Source: Eledone cirrhosa
Taxonomy: Eukaryota
DNA: 64,000 nt
NCBI GenBank assembly: GCA_964016885.1
Contig: OZ024742.1
Span: forward strand, 195,114,001 to 195,178,000
Direction: 5' to 3'
Shown here: piece after piece, positions 24,857 to 39,692 of the stretch
Layout: the number at the start of each line of letters is the position of its first letter
How positions within the stretch are numbered: position 1 is the first letter of the stretch
The notes under the pieces: generated by a model
The model's input: only the letters and a program-made list of their open reading frames with translations
Databases searched by the model: none
Told to the model about the DNA's origin: nothing
Translations under genes and position numbers: made by a program

Positions 24857-26075
24857 AAAGACAAGAGCAGGAATGAATACTTCATGAGAGTAAAGAGTAT
24901 ATGGTTATCAGAACTCTCAGCGTACAACAATCACATTGCCCATAATACTTTTGCCTAAAATCCATATTGACCACATACGAGACCTGAATAATAACACTAA
25001 AGCAACAACTTCAACAGACGAAAGAGGTCAGCAGCCATTTCGCCAGCATGGAAATAAAAATTGTTTCTACTTTTGGCACAAAGCCAGCAATTATCCCAGT
25101 GCATTACTGGTGCTTTATTTTATCGGCCCTGTAGGGATGAAAGGCAAAGTTAACCTCGGCGGGATTTGAACTGAGACCGTAAAGGGCCGTGACTCTATGC
25201 TGCAAAGCATAGCGTCCGACCCTCTGCTGATATGTTCGGATAGCCACTAATCCACAGGCATGGAATAAAACCTGATACAAATCTGTTTCCCAGGAACATT
25301 GGAGGACTACTCAATGCTTGACCAAAACAAAAAAAAATTGACCAGGTCACTGAGAATGTTGTACATGGATATTTTAGACGAAAAACTAACCATAGAGGAG
25401 ATACATAATACATAATACCTTCATATGGAGTTCCGACTAGATCATAACATCCTTGAAGGATGTCCCAATGCAATCCAGGGACAAGAAATACCTACTATGT
25501 ACCTACTACACAAAAGAAGAAGGTCATCAGTTGACAATAAATGTAGGCTATGCAAAACAAAGATCGAAGATGTTAGCCACATTATTGCCAACTGTGAAAA
25601 AATGTCTTCTCGTTACTACCTCCGTGTTATCCATGATGTGATAACTAGAATGATTTGGAATGCATTACGGAAGACGGAAATCAAATCAAATAGGGAGGAA
25701 TATGTTGCTACTGGTGGTTCAAAGAAATATTGGTGGAACCTAAAAATAAAAACTGCCACAAAATTAAAGCACAATCAGCCAGACATTGTTATTTGGGACC
25801 ACACATTAAAAATATGCTCTGTTGTAGACTTCAACTGTCCACATGATGTCAATATGGTAAGAAAAATGCAAGCGAAGAAGGATATCTACAGAGTAATGAT
25901 GAGGAGTTTGCAGGTCCAGTATCCAAGATACACGTTCAACTTCATACCCGTTATTATTGAAGCTACAGGTTATATACCAGCCCACCTGGACCAAAATATA
26001 ACTGAACTTGGATTTGTGGATAAAGAATGTGGCTCCTTAATTCATAACTTACAATGACCAGCAATACCATGCATC
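24857..26075 (+). mobile_element. Decayed R4-type RLE element following (CATA)n, interrupted by a SINE at about 25059-25238 (-)
   Basis: EY..RVKSIWLSELSAYN, AIQGQEIPT, CRLC..HIIANC, YWWN, HNQPDIVIWD, VVDFNCP. Confidence 0.82.
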
Positions 26076-26731
26076 GCAAAGGATGTCACATATCAAAAGA
26101 TGTCTGTGCTTGAAGCTTCTTTCAGTGAGGAAATGTTTTGGACGGGGCTAATCCCACTCACAGAATATAGAAATCGTTTACCTAAAAGTAGAACAGGTCT
26201 ACATCATTAGATGCACACGAAGTCAAAGGCTTTATATAAGTGTGACCTTCTCCTAGAGAGATGTTTTAATGGAGACTAGGAGTCTCACGCTCCACAAAAA
26301 AAATACTTTTTTGGATGGCTGTTGACTCTCCTGATTTCTTTCGCCTTTTGACGAGTTTTGTTTTTCATCCCGCAGTGCGTCCAAAATTACCCTCCTCACC
26401 TTACACACATACACACACGCACACTGGTATCTACCTGTCTATGGAAGGGCCAATAACGCTGTTAGAACTCCATGCATAAAGGAAGTAAAAAGTTCAACGA
26501 GATGTGATGATATCTTTTTTTTTCGATAAATCGATACAGTGAGTAATCGATAGTAGTTATTAGTCTCGATACTATAGATCTCACCGGGCATACTTGACTG
26601 CTACTCATACTCTGTGACTTGTTAACAGAACAAAAGAAAGCAAAACTCTTCTTCTTTGATAGCGAGGCTATCATATATTTGATGTATATAAACGCTGTCA
26701 TAGTGCTACTGTCAATTATATATATATGTAT

Positions 26732-27110
26732 CATCATCATCATCATCATCATCACCACCATCATCATAATCATTGTTTAACGTCCAATTTCCACGCTAGT
26801 ATGGGTTAGACGGGTTGTCCCATTTGAGGCAATTTGGGTCTTACTCATATAGAACTGTTTCTGGCTAGGTTTCTACGGCTGGATTCCCTTCTAACGTCAA
26901 TCACATTTATAGTTTGTGCTGAGTGTTTTTTGTCGTGACTCCTACAAGACTACTTTACAGTGTGGGCTGGGTGATTTTGTTGTGACACCTACACGACCAC
27001 TTTACAGTATGGGCTGGGTGATTTTGTCGTGACACCTACACGACCACTTTACAGTATGGGCTGGGTGATTTTGTCGTGACGACCACTTTACAGTATGGGC
27101 TGAATATATT
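26732..27110 (-). mobile_element. (GAT)n-tailed SINE or LINE-end remnant with an internal 47-bp tandem repeat
   Basis: (CAT)n then TTTAACGTCC..CATGG-like body; unit TTTACAGTATGGGCTGGGTGATTTTGTCGTGACACCTACACGACCAC about 4 times (26907-27102). Confidence 0.55.
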
Positions 27111-27135
27111 TTGTTCACACACAGACACATATGTA

Positions 27136-27339
27136 CGAGCTTCGGCTGAAACATTCATAAGCTGACCTATGGAAGGACTAAATGAGGTGTTTGTTGTTGT
27201 TTTTTTTTCAACATAATACCTGGAAAGAAATAATTGTTTCTGGAAAGAAATGATGCAATTGAAATTAATGCATGCAAGATTTTACAGCCATAGAATCACT
27301 CCTCCATAGTTAGCCTATGAACTTATCAGTCGACCGTCG
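27136..27339. mobile_element. Tc1/mariner-type MITE
   Basis: Imperfect TIRs CGAG..CGGCTGAAACATTCATAAGCTGA / TTAGCCTATGAACTTATCAGTCGACCGTCG, TA on both sides; homologs at 46486 and 49333. Confidence 0.75.
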
Positions 27340-27709
27340 TATGTTTCCTTTTATGAAATGTTATTCTCAAGATGACGTGTAGTGGTATCGAAGTGTAAAC
27401 CATATGGTCTTGCAGCAAAGTTTTTAATCACATAGCTAAATTTAGTATCATTCATATGCTTAACATTCATACACTATTACATAGGTTCATGTATGGCTGT
27501 ATAGTTAAATACGTTCGCTTCATAACCACATGATTTCAGGTTCAGTCACAACTACAGGACCCATTGGATAATTGTCTTTCTGTGTTGACTAATGTCTCTT
27601 GTATGAAGTTCGGTAGATGTAAACTGTACAGAAGCCCATCGTTTATAAATATATGTATGTATATATATATATGTGTGTGTGTGTGTGGAGACAGAGAGAG
27701 AGAGAAGAG

Positions 27710-27776
<67 letters not shown>

Positions 27777-28740
27777 GGAAAGAGATACGTGTGTGTGTCT
27801 CTGTGTGTTTGTATGTGTATTTGTGTGTCTGTGCTTATGTCTGCATCCACGTTTATTGATTGTTTATTATCCGTGACATAACGGTACGTCGATAAACAGT
27901 TCAATAAAATGAGTACTAGAATTGACAAAAAAATAGATACTGATGTCGATACGATGGACTGAATTGGATTATGTCGATGCCACAGCATGACAGCAGTCTA
28001 ATGACTGAAGCCAGTTAAAGTATATAAGAATGTGAAAAGAATAGTATATCAAGGGGACATTTAAACACACTTAAAGTCTCCATACACGATCACAACTAAA
28101 GCTAAAGTTAAATAACTATTATTCTACGTAAACGTCCGTTATTGTATTAAATAAAAAAGAGACATAGCGATGATTTTAGTCAAACATCTTTTCTTTATTT
28201 TTCAATTATGTCTTTAATTTTGAGGGTTACTCATCTCATTCATTCGATTGTGGCCATTACAGCATTACTTGAAGATATTCAGGAAATACATGTAAAAAAT
28301 TATCTTCATTAACGGCTTGTCTACTGTTTTATTATTTCCGGGTGGAAGTCGTAAAATACTATTAATCATAATTGAGTATAGACATTATTTATTTTATTAA
28401 TTTTAATACAAGAACACTGCAATCAAGATTGGTGAGAGCTTATTACAATATTACAGGATTTAGAATCTTTGTTGCATATTATTTCAGTTTGTCGCATTGC
28501 GTAGCTGTACAATGGTTGAAATGGTTGAGAGACACCATATCTCGTCACACTGCGTGGCATCTTGGTTCTGGTGTCAATAACCATAACCCTAGGCCTGCCC
28601 ATGTCTTATGAGTAAAACTAGAAAGACGGAAAGTGTTTGGATGCACCACGTCAGGTTGATTATTGTAGTTGAAATGGCCAGTCTTTCCCACTGTATATCT
28701 CTGAGAATTACGTTAAGGGTACAGGTATCTCAACGACTTA

Positions 28741-29077
28741 CTCCCGGGTCACAAATAATCCCCCACCCCTCCTCCTCTTATTCCAACCCCCACTTCTCTT
28801 ATTAAATTTTGCTAATCTATCTCAGGCGACAATTAATTTTCCTTATACATTAAAAAACATTATATATGACAAAAAATACATTATTAGAAATCCCATACAT
28901 TATAAAATATATAGGATTGGTTGTGTGTCTCAATATGTAAACTAAATGACTAATTCTGTTTTTTTTTTAAATCAACGAGGAGAGCCTAGAAAAATTACTA
29001 TTCCTCCACCCCTATCCCCCGGTTATTCCATCACCCCACGCTTATTCCAACCACCCCTGTTATTTGGGACCCCAGAG
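28741..29077. mobile_element. TA-flanked MITE inserted in a SINE
   Basis: TIRs CTCCCGGGTCACAAATAA / TTATTTGGGACCCCAGAG, TA duplication; the host SINE sequence resumes after it. Confidence 0.7.
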
Positions 29078-30256
29078 TACATGGTAAGTTCATGAGTCGA
29101 AGGATTCGTTGATCGAACAACCGGAATACTCATCGTCGAAACTGATAAAAGTCATATCCACTAGTTACACTACTCACTGACATCGAGGTGCGTTGAGGCC
29201 TTGTTTTGAACACGCATGAAGAAAATAAAGAATATCTGAACCTCCAGCTTCCTTGCGTTGGTGGTGGTGGTGAGCTTCGTAGTGGTAATGCTGCTGCGGG
29301 TGGTTTGGTGTTGTAATTTGTAGCGGTGGTGGGGGTGGACTGGTCACTATGACCGGAGAAAAGTATTCAGTCGTGTATGCAGCTACGGGAGGCTTCATGC
29401 AGCCACATACTTTTGGCTGCTTATCTCAGCTCTTACTTACCTCCCTTGCTGGCTGGCTAATAGAAATGACACCAAAATCAATGTTATTAGAATGTTTATT
29501 TAGGGTGAGGAGGCGGAAAACAAAAGATTTGAGGTCTGAACACATACCAAAAAGGCCCTTTCTGCAGTAAAGTATCCCGTGTATCATTGCTTTGTTTTGG
29601 TCAAGATCTTTTAACTTATGCTGGAGCCATAGGGAAGCTGTTATGACTTAGAGCTTATCTTGAGCATTTAGACCTGGTGGAACACAACCCTCAATATATC
29701 TGACCATAGTCGATTTTTCCAGAAAGATATACAGAGGGAGAGGAAGAGATAGATAGATAGTGAGAGAGAAATCGCTGCGAGACTGGGAAGAAGAGAAGAG
29801 AAAGGGTAGAATAGAAAGGGTAGAAAGAGAAGAGAAAGGTTAGAAGCAACACTAGCAGGGACGGCTGAGCGGAGGGTATATGTCCTCACATACAATCTAG
29901 CTGAGGAAAAAAAGACAAAATGAGTAACAAGAAAAATTCAAAGCAGCAAAATAGAAGAGAAATCCGCTTGACAGAATAAATCAGAGCTCTGAAGAAGTGC
30001 AAGTTAACTCCTGGGAGTGAAATAGTAGGCATCGGGGATCTAAGAACTAAACCCCGGCAAAGACTGTACAAACTCCAAAAAGCAGAAAGAACACGCAAAG
30101 AAAATTTATAGGTCTCAATTTACTAAAGATCCTTCTAGATTCACCAGAATATTTTTCAAAAATATACAGTGACTGATCGGCTTGATTTAAAGTCACTGTA
30201 TATTTTTGAAAATAGCATATATTTTCAGTAGCTCTGACAGTTGGCAGGTGAACAGT

Positions 30257-30306
30257 GAGCTGTACTGATGAAGGGTGATACCCAGAAACATTAGTGTCTG
30301 CAGTTC
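30257..30306 (+). ncRNA. Type I hammerhead ribozyme motif (Penelope-type)
   Basis: Stem I GAGCTGTA/TGCAGTTC, core CTGATGA 30265-71, stem II GGGT/ACCC with an A.A mismatch at its base, GAAA 30285-88, stem III ACA/TGT, GTC triplet 30296-98. Confidence 0.72.
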
Positions 30307-30709
30307 TGTTTACATGCCAACACAAGAGCAAGAATGATGGCTTCATTCTACTGACATGGCTTTAAAAATTAGGCTTGTTTGCATAATTGCAAACGAATCG
30401 AATATTGTTATTAATATTCGAAAAACAGATTACATTTATATATATATATGGGGTCAGTCATGGTAGATAGATTTGGAGGAAGGGGAGATTCCTTAAAAGC
30501 TAATTTCTTAAAGGTTCTAGTATATTGACGAAGGTTTAGGGAATTCTGTGGACAATTTCTAAGTATAATCTATACAACTGTAGCCATAAATTCACGAGAC
30601 ACTTTCAACAGAACATACCCTGCGCGTATGCGCGCATGCACGCACACACATGTGTATGGGGGTAATATATTTATATTTGTATACGCGTGCGTGCGTGCGC
30701 GCATACACA

Positions 30710-30812
<103 letters not shown>

Positions 30813-31177
30813 GTGTATGTGTGGTTGTATGGGTAGTCTTAATTTGTTTTTATTTTTTTCCTTTCCTTCTTCCTTCTCCAGCCTCACTTTCATATAGCTT
30901 GCTTTTTTTGTTTTTAAGATCCAAATTCAATAAACAAACCAGGATTTTTTCGTTCTGAGGATTGAAAGCAAAACCTTTTGCTTTTAAGAAACCACTGGTA
31001 AATGGAATAATTGCCTTATGTTGTTTATTACATAATAATATATATATATATATGGACTATGAAAATGCGAAGTAGTTTCAGATGTTAAGGCTGTTATAAA
31101 TATTTATGCTAACGGATTACATTGAGTTCTAACTACGGTATAGACCCTACTATGAAAGGTAGACCACAATGTATATA

Positions 31178-31271
<94 letters not shown>

Positions 31272-31640
31272 TGTGTCATTTTCTTAATTCAGTTGTCTCT
31301 TCCACTGTCCACACATCCATACAGACTATTAAAACGTCACGTAATGAAATGCATGCGTATGTGGATGTGTTAGGGTAGGCGAAAGTGTGGGGAGAACATG
31401 ACAGCAAATCGGTGTGTCTGTATGTATATGTGAGTGGGTGTGAGAGGAGAGGATAAAAGAGAGACAGACAGCCTCACGGGCAAACAGATACGCTAATAAT
31501 TTGGCAATAAAGAGCTTGTTTGATTTATGAACAGACGACAGATAAGAACTTAATCTTTGCCAAATCGCTTTGTGGCGCCACATATACACGCATACAGATA
31601 TACACATACACAATCACAGAGATACGTAAGCACACATGAT

Positions 31641-31681
<41 letters not shown>

Positions 31682-32039
31682 TAAACACATACAAAAAGAC
31701 ACACACAGGCATACCTATATATATGTGTGTGTGTGCGTGTGTGTATGTGTGTGTGTGTATTTATGTGTGTATACATAAATGTGCATATGCGTGCATGTAC
31801 ACATAGCCACTCATTGAATACATACCACATCAGCCTATCATAGGTTTTATCAGATCAGCTATTTAAAGCCAATATCGTAAATTATTGAATAAAACGGCCA
31901 TAATTGCTATCGTTCAATAACAATCGTAACACACTAATTCTTGTAACATGAAATGGAATGGACTTCCGTCCGTTTCGACGATGAGCCCGCCAGTTGTTCC
32001 ATCAATATAGAAATCTGCCCGTGGAATTAACGTATAAGT

Positions 32040-32483
32040 GGCTGGGATATCTTTATGGACAAAATTAACCGACATCAGACCCAGTGATAGACCCTGGTCA
32101 AGATGGTTGGATAACATCCATGAGATCAGTTCGTCTCGCTTGGGGATCCAGCTGGATCAATTGAAGACGGTTGCTTCTGACAGGACCCGCTAGAGGGAGT
32201 GTTTGAGAACTCTGCCTGCCACGACCCTCCCAGGTAGAAGTGGAAGAAGAAGAAGAAGAAGAAGAAGAAGAAGAAGAAGAAGAAGAAGAAGAAGAAGAAG
32301 AAGAAGAAGAAGAAGAAGAAGAAGAAGAAGAAGAAGAAGAAGAAGAAGAAGAAGAAGAAGAAGAAGAAGAAGAAGAAGAAGAAGAAAAAGAAAAAGAAGA
32401 AGAAGAAGAAGAAGAAGAAGAAGAAGAAGAAGAAGAAGAAGAAAAAGAAAAAGAAAAAGAAAAAGAAGAAGAAGAAGAAGAAG

Positions 32484-32512
<29 letters not shown>
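32040..32512 (+). mobile_element. RTE-clade LINE 3' fragment with a long (GAA)n tail
   Basis: Translates RPSDRPWSRWLDNIHE..LKTVASDRTR*R, resembling the RTE C-terminal R.RGRP..RW.D.I...A.DR..WR pattern; (GAA)n 32243-32512. Confidence 0.7.
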
Positions 32513-32514
<2 letters not shown>

Positions 32515-34153
32515 GGTGGTGGCTGCGCCTTCCACAGAAACGTCCACTTTTAATGCAATTCTCGGATAGATTCAGCCTGGCACAGTCTGCGGCCAAGACC
32601 TTTAAGGTATAAGTACAGTCTGTCCTTTATACGGCATCATGAGCTTGTGTCAATTACGATAGCCTTGGTTTCAGCCATGCCTTATGACTGAAATTAAGTA
32701 GACAGAAACTGTTTGGAAACCCATCGGATGGACTGTACCAACAATTCAAAGGGCTGACATTTTCACCTACTGTGTCACACTGAATCTCCCTGAGAACTAC
32801 GTTAAGAGTACAGTTGTCTATGAAATGTTCAGTCGCTGGTACGTTAATTTCTCGAGCAAGCTGTTCCATTGGTTGACCAACTGGAATACTTGTAGGCGGT
32901 ATCGATGAAGGTCCAACACCAAACCGTATATGCGTGTGTGTGTGTGTGTGTGTGTGTGTGCGCACGTGCGGCTGTGTGTGTGTTAGTGTGTGTGTCTATG
33001 TGTAAGCGCGCGCCTCTGTGTATGTGTGTTTTTGTGCGCGCGTGTCTGTGCGTGTGCCTGTGTTGTGGGAGTGTGTGTGTGCATGTGTGCGCGCGTGTCT
33101 GTGCGTGTGCCTGTGTTGTGGGAGTGTGTGTGTGTGCATGTGTGCGTGCGTGCCTGTGTGTGTGCTTGCCTGTGTGTGTGTGTGTGAGTGTGTGTGTGCA
33201 TGCATATTGATTGGTTATGTCCTGTAACAGCAGGCTGGTAAATAGACATTGATGAAGCCCATGGCTTGAAAAAAGTGTGCATTGGTCGATGAAATGCTTT
33301 GAGGCAAGGTCCCAGCATGGATGCTATCTAATGACTGAAAGTAGTCAATGACAGATTATAGTTTAAATTCATTTTGTATCGTATAGTACATCGCTTCATC
33401 CACAGCCACTATCTTCTTTCATATCTTTGGAAGGTTTTGTAGCATATTTGATAAGAAGACACGTGGTTAGGGTTTGGGACTCAAAAGTGTCAGATAGTGA
33501 GTTAGATTGCTTGACATGGTGGTGAGTTGTGTCTATGAATAATGCTCTCTATTTCAATTTGCTTCAATTTATTCAAAGGAGGTAAACGTCAGACGGACTG
33601 GTGCTTAATGACCTTGGAACTGGGTTAAGGTTAAATTACGGTTTGAGGGGTCTCTAGTTTTGGCGATATCTAAAAAGAGGTACAAGCCTTTAGCCCCCAA
33701 AATATCTTCGTTTCGTGGAGAATACAATGTGAGTGGTCCTTCGCGATTCTGAGAGAAAGGGAGGGAATGAAATAGAGAGAAAGAGAGCGAGAGAGAGAGA
33801 GAGAGAGAAAGGGTGAGAGAAAGGATGATAGAAAGAGAGAGAGAGAGAAAGGGTGAGAGAAAGGATGATAGAAAGAGAGAGAGAGAGAATTGACCATAGA
33901 AATTGATTGGTAAATTACGTTCGACCCTAGAGGGATGAAAGGCAAAGATTCAGAACAATTAAGGCAAAAATAATCTGCCGCTTTGTCGGATCGTCAAGTC
34001 AACAGCTACTTTGACATCGAAATGCTTTAAGCTTGACCATCGGGCATTCTATCTTATATCTACAATCTGCTACCCTTGAATATGGAGTACTAAGCTGAAT
34101 AATGGTCTTACTAGTCTTCACTTGTGACATATCACATCATACAGTTAATCTTT

Positions 34154-34240
<87 letters not shown>

Positions 34241-34357
34241 TATACATGCTAAATACATTCAGACATAGAGAGAGACAGACATACGCACACACACACACAT
34301 AAACATATGTAAATGCATACATACATACATGCATACATACCTACACACATACATACA

Positions 34358-34869
34358 TAAATTAAAAACAAACGAGGAAGAATATATTGAGACAGATGGC
34401 ACTAAGGAATACTGGTGGAACCTGAAAATAAAAACTGCCACCAAATTAAAGCACAATCGGACTGATATTGTTGTTTGGGACCACACATTGAATACGTGTT
34501 CTGTTGTGGAGATCAGCTGCCCACTTGATGTAAGAAAAATACAGGAGAAGGAGAACATCTACGGACCATTGATGAGGAGTTTACAAATCCAGTATCCAAG
34601 ATACACCTTTAGCTTCATACCCATCATTATTGGAGCTATAGGTTATATACCAACCCGCTTGGACCAAAGTATGACTGAACTTGGATTTGCGGACAAAGAG
34701 CGCAGCTCCCTAATTCATAGTCTACAAATGGCTGCGATAGCTGGCACGTTCAAAATTTGCAAAACATACTTGCGATTCATGGGATGACAATTTCTTTTCT
34801 TTTACAACCTTGCCACCAGGAAGGTGGCCGGTCAAAAAAATATACTCGAAATTAAGAGAAAGAGATAAC
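34358..34869 (+). mobile_element. R4-type RLE element 3' fragment flanked on both sides by (CATA)n
   Basis: EYWWN..KHNRTDIVVWD..VVEISCP..EKENIY..PIIIGAIG, stop at 34787; same family as 24857-26075; 3' UTR hairpin GCCACC-AGGAA-GGTGGC. Confidence 0.85.
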
Positions 34870-34911
34870 ATACATACATAAACATATGCATACAAACATA
34901 CATACATACAT

Positions 34912-35179
34912 AAAAATATGTAAAACATTCCAAAAATGTTGCATCTAATAACTGCATATACACATGTACAGATACAAAGCATATACACATGCACACATAC
35001 AACTCAAAACATACACATCCACACATGAAATAACATCCAAACCTGTACATGCATGCATGCATACATACATATCTACCTAGTTGATGTTGTGTAAATTCCA
35101 ATGAGAGAGTCTTGTGTCTATGTTAGAAACCGACTCTCTCTCTATTGGTAAAAATTTGTGAAATTATAAAACCAGAGAA
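34912..35179 (+). mobile_element. 3'-terminal fragment of a second (CATA)n-associated R4-type family
   Basis: Near-identical to 37232-37498 (last codons plus 3' UTR), followed by (CATA)n. Confidence 0.82.
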
Positions 35180-35476
35180 CATACATACATGCATACATAC
35201 ATACGTGCATACACACATACATACACACATACATATATACATACATATATATAAATATATATATATACATACACACACACATACAACCGACCATTTTTGC
35301 CATTACATACATACACACACGCATAGACACACTTACATACACTCACCTACATATATATACATACATACACACACATACATACATGCATATATACATACAT
35401 ACAAAATATACATACATATATATATATACACACATACATGCACACATATACATACACACACACATATATATATATG

Positions 35477-35542
<66 letters not shown>

Positions 35543-35718
35543 ATACAACCGACCATTTTTGCCATTACATACATACAGACACTCACCTACATATATATAT
35601 AAATACACACACATACATACATGCACACACATACATACATACATACATACATACATACATACATACATACATACATACATACATACATACATGCATACAT
35701 ACATACATACATACACAC

Positions 35719-37498
35719 AGTTGTGGACGATCTGAAACTCTATGCCAAGAACATGGATGGGATGAAGAAAAATCTTGACCTGGTTACAACGTTCTCAAAG
35801 GATATAGGAATGGAGTTTGGCCAAGATAAATGTTCATACATGACTGTAAAGCGGGGAAAAACAACAACCCAATCTAGCAACATTGTCATCAATGGTCTAA
35901 CTGTTTCATCGATATCTGATGAGGACTGCTATAGATACCTGGGGATAGATGAGAACATATCCTATAATGGTATCTGTAATAAAGAACGTGTAACCAGGGA
36001 ATACTACACACGATTAAGAAAGATCTGGTCATCGGAACTCTCTGCGCAAAACAAAACAGTGGCTCACAATGTGTTTGCTGTGCCTGTCCTAACACCAAAG
36101 TTTGGAATACTCAATTGGACGATAGACGAAATTCGAGCAGTTGATGTTGGAACTCGAAAAATACTGAACAACACCGGAAACTTCCACATCAACAGTGACA
36201 TAGACCGCCTTTATTTGAAACGTAAGCAGGGAGGCAGAGGCCTAACATCAGTCCAGACAACATTTGAATGTCGCATCATATCTCTCCGACAACATCTACG
36301 AACCACGAAGCGTAGGAGCCCGCTTCTCGAGCATGTCTATCTGCATGAAACAGATAAGATCATGAGAGTTGGGAAGGAACTCCTTGAGAGATATTCCCTG
36401 TGTGATAATCAAAAACTCACACCCAGGGATGTCGCTCAGCAGTATCGCAGTGAATCCATGGATGAAAAACTGCATGCCTATCAGCAAAAAATCATGCATG
36501 GATATGTTGCCACGAAGCTCCAGAGTGAGAGTAATATAGATAAGGAAAGTAGTCTATCTTGGACCAACAACCGCTATATTGGCTTCCACTTTGAAGGATA
36601 CGCTTTTGCAATCCAAGAACAGGAGATTAGCACGAAATACCTGATTCACAAAAGAGATAGGGATGCAGGAAGAACACCTAGCTGTGATAACAAGTGCAGA
36701 CTCTGCAGAACTAACATCGAGGGTATCACCCATGTCATCAGCAACTGCCCAAAGATGTCATCGCGGCACTATCTACCTATGAGGCATGATGTAGTGGCCA
36801 AAACACTGTACAATGCAGTTCGTAAAAAAGATAGCCCCGATGATAAACACATTAAAAGCTACAACAATGTGGAAGACATCCATGTACATAATATGAAAGA
36901 GTACTGGTGGAATGTTCCAGTAAAAACCCCAATAAAATGCAGGCATAACAGACCAGATATTATGATATGGGACAGGGAGAAGAAAACATGCACAGTAGTG
37001 GAAATTAGCTGCCCAGCAGATGCCAATATAATATCAAAGATTAGTGAAAAGGAGAATATTTATGCAGAACTGATGAGAAATCTGCAGATACTCCACCCTG
37101 ATTACACCTTCAGATTTATGCCTGTGATTATTGGGGTACTGGGGTATGTTAGTAACTACTTAAATACAAATCTTGAGAAGCTAGGTTTCACAGGAACAGA
37201 AGGAACACATCCATTAATGGAACAGAAAATTATGTAAAACATTCCAAAAATTTTGCATCTAATAACTGCATATACACATGTACAGATACAAAACATATAC
37301 ACATGCACACATACAACTCAAAACATACACATCCACACATACAATAACATCCATATCTACACATGCATGCATGCAGACATACATACGTATCTACCTAGTT
37401 GATGTTGTGTAAATTCCAATGAGAGAGTCTTGTGTCTATGTTAGAAACCGACTCTCTCTCTATTGGTAAAACTTTGTGAAATTATAAAACCAGAAGAA
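35719..37498 (+). mobile_element. R4-type RLE element, 5'-truncated, about 500 codons open, between (CATA)n tracts
   Basis: VDDLKLY, YRYLGI, LYLKRKQGGRGL, AIQEQEI, CRLC..HVISNC, RHD, HNRPDIMIWD, VVEISCP, EKENIY. Confidence 0.92.
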
Positions 37499-38028
37499 CA
37501 TACATACATACATACACATGCATACATACATACACACACAGACACATATACACACACACACACATACACACACACATGCACACACGCACAAACACACACA
37601 CATATACATACGCCCATTTTTGCCATTACATACATGCACACGCGCACACATACATACATACAGACACTCACTAACATATATGCATACATGCACACTCGTA
37701 CATACATGCACACACATACATACATACATACATACATACATACATACATACATACATACATACATACATACACACATACATACATAGATACATACACCCA
37801 CTGAAACATACACACACATATACATACACACATTTCTATCATTACACATGTACGTGTTTACGTGTTAAAACTGCTAAAATATAAAACGACCAGAGGAAAG
37901 AGCACTCCGTGAATGGATTCGATATTTATATAAATTATTGATTTATGTAAAAACTGAAGATTTACACCTTCGTACTTCTGAATGATGATGGTACGAAGCT
38001 ACGTATTCGAAGAAATCAATTAATCTTC

Positions 38029-38867
<839 letters not shown>

Positions 38868-39649
38868 ATTTGTGTTAATGTATATGTGTGTGTCTGTGTT
38901 TGTATCTGTGTATTTGTTTGTGTGTGTGTTTGTGTGTGTGTGTGTGGGTGTGTGTTTGCCTCTGTGTCTGTGTGTATGTGTGTAAATGTATTTCGCTGGT
39001 AGGCGAAGAATTCAACGCAAACGCAATGAAGTAAGTGCTCTCTTCAATTTGTTCAGTTCCTGGGCTGCCATTTCAACAGAAGAAGCAAGACTAATTCCTG
39101 TCAAGCAGAAGGCCGATTTTAGAGAATTAAAGTCGTCCATGTGAAATGGAATTTTTAATTCGTTGCTTCCAGGAATTGGTGAAAGAAACGATGCCAAAAG
39201 GCGGAGAATAATGAAGTCGATTCTCTTTGGAAAATGTCTGATTGCAGTTATTATTTTATTCCCGTGTATCCTAACATCTGTGTGTGCGTCTGTATATGTA
39301 TATGTGTGATTGTGAGTATGTGTGTGTATGTGCGTGTATTTGTGTTCCTGTATTTTGTGTGTGTAAGAGTACCTGCGTGCTTCTGTGTGATAGTTTGTGC
39401 GTTTATGTGTACGTGTGTGTGAATGTGTGTGAGTTTGTGCATATGTATATAAATCTTATAAAGAGGAGAGGCGTTTTTAAGTGCACATCCTCTGTATATT
39501 ATATAATCCTGTTATACGTATTTCGAAGACATCAAAGTAATTGCATAATAACCCTTTGACGTGTTTCTCAACAGACAGGTGTTAAGTTGTAAAGTTTGTG
39601 TTTTTGACTACACCTAAGCACATAAATATTATATATAAAATTATATAGC

Positions 39650-39688
<39 letters not shown>

Positions 39689-39692
<4 letters not shown>

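Noticed and set aside
31950-31990. EWTSVRFDDE as a Tc1 transposase motif
   Set aside because: Too short, stop codons nearby, no other DDE motifs or TIRs.
32098-32596. Poly-Glu/Arg/Ser/Phe ORFs
   Set aside because: (GAA)n tail of an RTE fragment.
35621-35718. N-terminal HTYI repeat of the 538-aa ORF as a real protein start
   Set aside because: It is the (CATA)n flank read in frame with a 5'-truncated element.
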